From the NCBI GenBank assembly GCA_963811315.1, contig CAWERH010000039.1, forward strand, positions 4,501-68,500: 64,000 nt of DNA. The letters are read 5' to 3'. Shown here piece after piece: positions 60,964 to 64,000 of this stretch. The notes beneath the pieces were generated by a model. That model ran no database searches and was not told the DNA's origin. It worked only from the letters and a program-made list of their open reading frames with translations. The position numbers and the translations under genes are program-made. The stretch is from an uncultured delta proteobacterium. Lineage in GTDB: Bacteria > Desulfobacterota > Binatia > UBA9968. Within the stretch, counting starts at the first letter, position 1, and each line of letters opens with the position of its first letter.

Positions 60964-61415
60964 CTCCCGTGGGTTTCATCCTTGATAGAGGCCGTTGGCG
61001 AGCGCTCGCATCACTAAAGTGTCGATCCGTGCCGCCGTTAGATTCGTACGGATAAGTCTTCATTCCGCTCTGAATGCTCGTGCGACGCGTACGCCGTCGA
61101 ATGCTACTCCAACTTGACTGTCGGGGCAGGCGCCGCAGAATGTTTCTTTGTCGATGCATCCACGCTGAACGGCCCCGCAGATGCCTTCCAAGAGCTTGGC
61201 CTGAACGATTGAGTTCCGATGAATTGCGAGCGGCTCGTCGGACGCAGATGCGCCAGCATTTGCCGCCAAAGCCCATGCGTCGACGCCGACGAATTCCCGG
61301 TTCTCCATTGCGACCGGCCTTTCCGCGTGCTTTCCTAAAAGGGTTGTGGAAGCCACGGATTTTGAGCCAGGCTCGCGCGCTGTTTTGACTGCCGGCGAAA
61401 AGCGGAGGAGCCGCC

Positions 61416-63897
61416 GTGGCTGAACACGCATCGGCTTTGGGACGCGTCCGACGTTTCTACCTGCGCCTCGCGGGATATTTCTCGGCCGCGATCGACGCCG
61501 GCAGGACGCCGCGGGCCAGAATCATTTCCGGCGCGAAGGCGCTGGCCGTGTTAGCCGCACTCGGGTTGGCGCTGTTGTTTGCGTACGCGATCATTCTAAT
61601 TCCGTTCACGCCGAGCATTGCCAATATCCGCAAAGCGAAGATCGACCAACCCAGCGTGCTGATCTCCGCCGATGGCAAGCGCCTGGCCACACTCAAGCCG
61701 ATGAATCGCGAGTGGGTCCGGTTAACGCAGATTTCGCCGCACGTGGTTAATGCCCTGATCGCCACCGAAGATCACCGCTTCTATCACCACTACGGCATCG
61801 ATGTGCTGCGCACCGTGATCGGATTCCTGCATACGATGACCGGCGATCCTGAGGGCGGTTCCACGCTAACGCAGCAACTGGCGCGCAATCTCTATCCCGA
61901 AGATGTCGGCCGCCAGCGCACGATTACGCGAAAAATGAAAGAGACGATTACGGCGATCAAGATCGAATACGCCTACAGCAAAAAGGAGATTTTGGAAATT
62001 TATCTCAACACGATTCCGTTTTTGTACAACGCCTTCGGCATCGAGATGGCGGCGCGCACCTATTTCGATAAGCCCGCGCAAAAACTCAACGTGCTCGAAA
62101 GCGCGACGTTGATCGCCATGCTCAAAGGCACCAGCTATTACAATCCGGTGCTCAATCCCGAGCGCGCGCTCAAGCGGCGCAACGTGGTGATGGGGCAAAT
62201 GGTCAAGCGCGGCGTTTTGAACCAGGCCGATTTCGATCGCTTAAAGGATAGGCCGATACACCTCGATTTCGAGCGCCAGCCGGACGCTATCGGTCCTTCC
62301 CCTCACCTGGCTACCCAGATTCGCAAATGGCTGATCGATTGGGCGGACCGTAACAATCATGACATTTATTCCGATGGATTGATGATCTACACGACCATCG
62401 ATTCTCGTTTGCAGGCCGCGGCCAACCAAGCCGTGCAGCGTCAGATGGATGCGTTACAGGCAGTAGCCGACGTCGAATGGGGGATGAGCTCTGCGGCCGT
62501 GATCTCTTCGGATGCGAACGTCTATCTCGATCAACGCAGGCGTGTACAGCCCTTCGGTTATTTCTGGAAAACCAAGAGCGCCTTGATCGATACCTTTATT
62601 CGAGAATCGGCGGCGTATCGCGGCGCCGCTGGATGCCGGCACTGCGCCGGACGAAGCCCTGGCACAGCTCAAGAGCAACAAAGAATTCATGGCGAAGCTG
62701 CGTGGTGACAAGACCCGTTTGCAGGCGGGCTTCGTCGCAATCGATCCGGCCACCGGTTACGTCAAGGCGTGGGTCGGCAGCCGCGACTTCAAAACCGACC
62801 CGTTCGACCACGTGGCGCAAGCGCGGCGGCAACCGGGTTCGACGTTCAAACCGTTCGTGTATGGCGCGGCGCTTGAACATGGCATGTCGCCCGATAAACG
62901 CTTCGTCGATCAAGCCGTCGAGATTCCGCTGCCTGACGGCAGCGTGTGGCGCCCGACCGATCTCTCCGAGCCGACCGGCCGGTCGATGACTGCGCGCGAG
63001 GGTCTCATCTATTCCAAAAACACGATCACCGCGCAGGTCATGCGGGAAATCGGCCCGAGAAAAACCGCGGAACTGGCGCGCCGCATGGGCGTTAACGGAA
63101 GCAAACTCGACGAAGTGCCCGCGTTAGCGCTGGGCACCAGTCCGGTGACGCCATTGGAGATGGTCTCCGCTTACAGCACTCTCGCTAACCGTGGCCAATA
63201 CCGCGAGCCCATTTCCGTCACCCGCATTACCGACAAGAACGGCAACGTGCTCGCCGACTTCAAAACCCAAAGTCAGGTCGTCATGTCCGACAAGACCGTG
63301 GGCGACTTGATCAACATGCTGCGCGATGCCGTCGACCTGGGCACCGGGCAGGTGGTGCGGGGGCGCTTCGGCGTGCGCGCCGATGTCGCGGGCAAGACCG
63401 GCACCACACAAAAAAATACCGACGGCTGGTTTATCTTGATGCATCCACGTCTGGTCGCCGGATCGTGGGTCGGCTTCAACGACTCGAGGGTCACCATGCG
63501 CAGTAACTACTGGGGCGAGGGCGGCCACAACGCGGTGCTCGTAGTAGGAGATTTTTTTCAGCGTGCTCTGGACGCGCGCTTGATCGATGGCAGCGCCCGC
63601 TTTCCGTATGCTAAACCGCGCGATTCGACCATCGAGCCGTATTTGGATGCAGCCAAAGATTGGTTCGACACGCTAAGCGGTTGGCTGTTCGGCGACAAAA
63701 CCCAATCGCGATCTCTGCCGCCGCGTGCGCCGCGCCGCAACCTCGACCGCGAAGCATCGCTACCCGACCCGATGAAAGATGAAGGAGCGCGCTCCGACAA
63801 TTCGCCGGAGCAGGGGACAATCGACAGGCAACGCGAACGTCAGCGGCTGTTGGAGCTGTTGAAGCAGAAGCGCGAAGAGCGCGAGCGGGAACAGTAG
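61416..63897 (+). CDS. mrcA: penicillin-binding protein 1A (class A PBP, GT51 transglycosylase + transpeptidase); frameshift near 62625
   Basis: TM anchor LAVLAALGLALLFAYAIILIPF, GT51 motifs IATEDHRFYHHYGID and GGSTLTQQLARN, then transpeptidase motifs STFKPFVY, SKN and KTGTT in ORF 62689-63897. Confidence 0.8.
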
Positions 63898-64000
63898 AAA
63901 AAAGAATACTTTCCCGGGCGATGATGTCCACCTGGGTACCGAGTCGATAGGAGCTAGGCGGAATCACTTGCCGCTGAATTCAGTGCCGGTAGAACTTCTT

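Noticed and set aside
61060-61431. Minus-strand 123-aa ORF with a Cys-rich segment (CGAVQRGCIDKETFCGACP) upstream of PBP1A
   Set aside because: It lies on the opposite strand in the PBP1A promoter region and overlaps other frames. I found no SD, and its composition resembles GC-rich antisense noise. It is not excluded as a small metal-binding protein, but I do not support it as a feature.
1-64000. rRNA, tRNA and tmRNA genes
   Set aside because: I saw no stretches with the conserved tRNA arm patterns or rRNA signature sequences while reading. The window is almost entirely protein-coding plus the repeats described above. A tRNAscan run would be needed to be certain.

Overview
High-GC (~63%) bacterial chromosomal segment, densely coding with no rRNA, tRNA or CRISPR noticed. 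The content looks like a catabolic/uptake accessory region built from amplified paralog families. I count at least 9 amidohydrolase-2/related TIM-barrel metal hydrolases (ACMSD/LigW-type fold). I count 17 NMT1/SsuA-type orphan periplasmic substrate-binding proteins (SBPs), 4 family-1 (Fe3+-type) SBPs and 1 Bug/TctC SBP. Against these there is only one complete ABC transporter operon (SBP, ATPase, permease at 45822-48415). A Bbs-like modified beta-oxidation set is present: three family-III CoA-transferases, an acyl-CoA dehydrogenase, an enoyl-CoA hydratase, an SCP-x thiolase with its DUF35 partner, and an SDR. Other genes: LLM flavin oxidoreductase, 3-hydroxyisobutyrate-dehydrogenase-like reductases, Xi-class GST, PPOX, Tim44-like protein, polysaccharide deacetylase, alpha/beta hydrolases, GNAT, a DUF559 gene and PBP1A. 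The most interesting feature is two paralogous two-gene cassettes (6523-8357 and 18780-20967). Each encodes a small UGSC-motif selenoprotein whose in-frame TGA is followed 11 nt later by a perfectly conserved stem-loop (candidate bacterial SECIS), and each is followed by a conserved ~360 aa protein of unknown function. Non-coding structure is also rich: a MITE/REP-like hairpin family (8 copies, one flanked by 16-bp direct repeats), a family of 7-9-nt tandem repeat arrays sitting directly after stop codons, a duplicated SBP gene 3' fragment, an AT-rich palindrome and palindromic terminator hairpins. About 40 apparent frameshifts break otherwise conserved genes, nearly all at homopolymer runs. 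I read them as sequencing indels rather than mass pseudogenisation, but this needs read-level confirmation.
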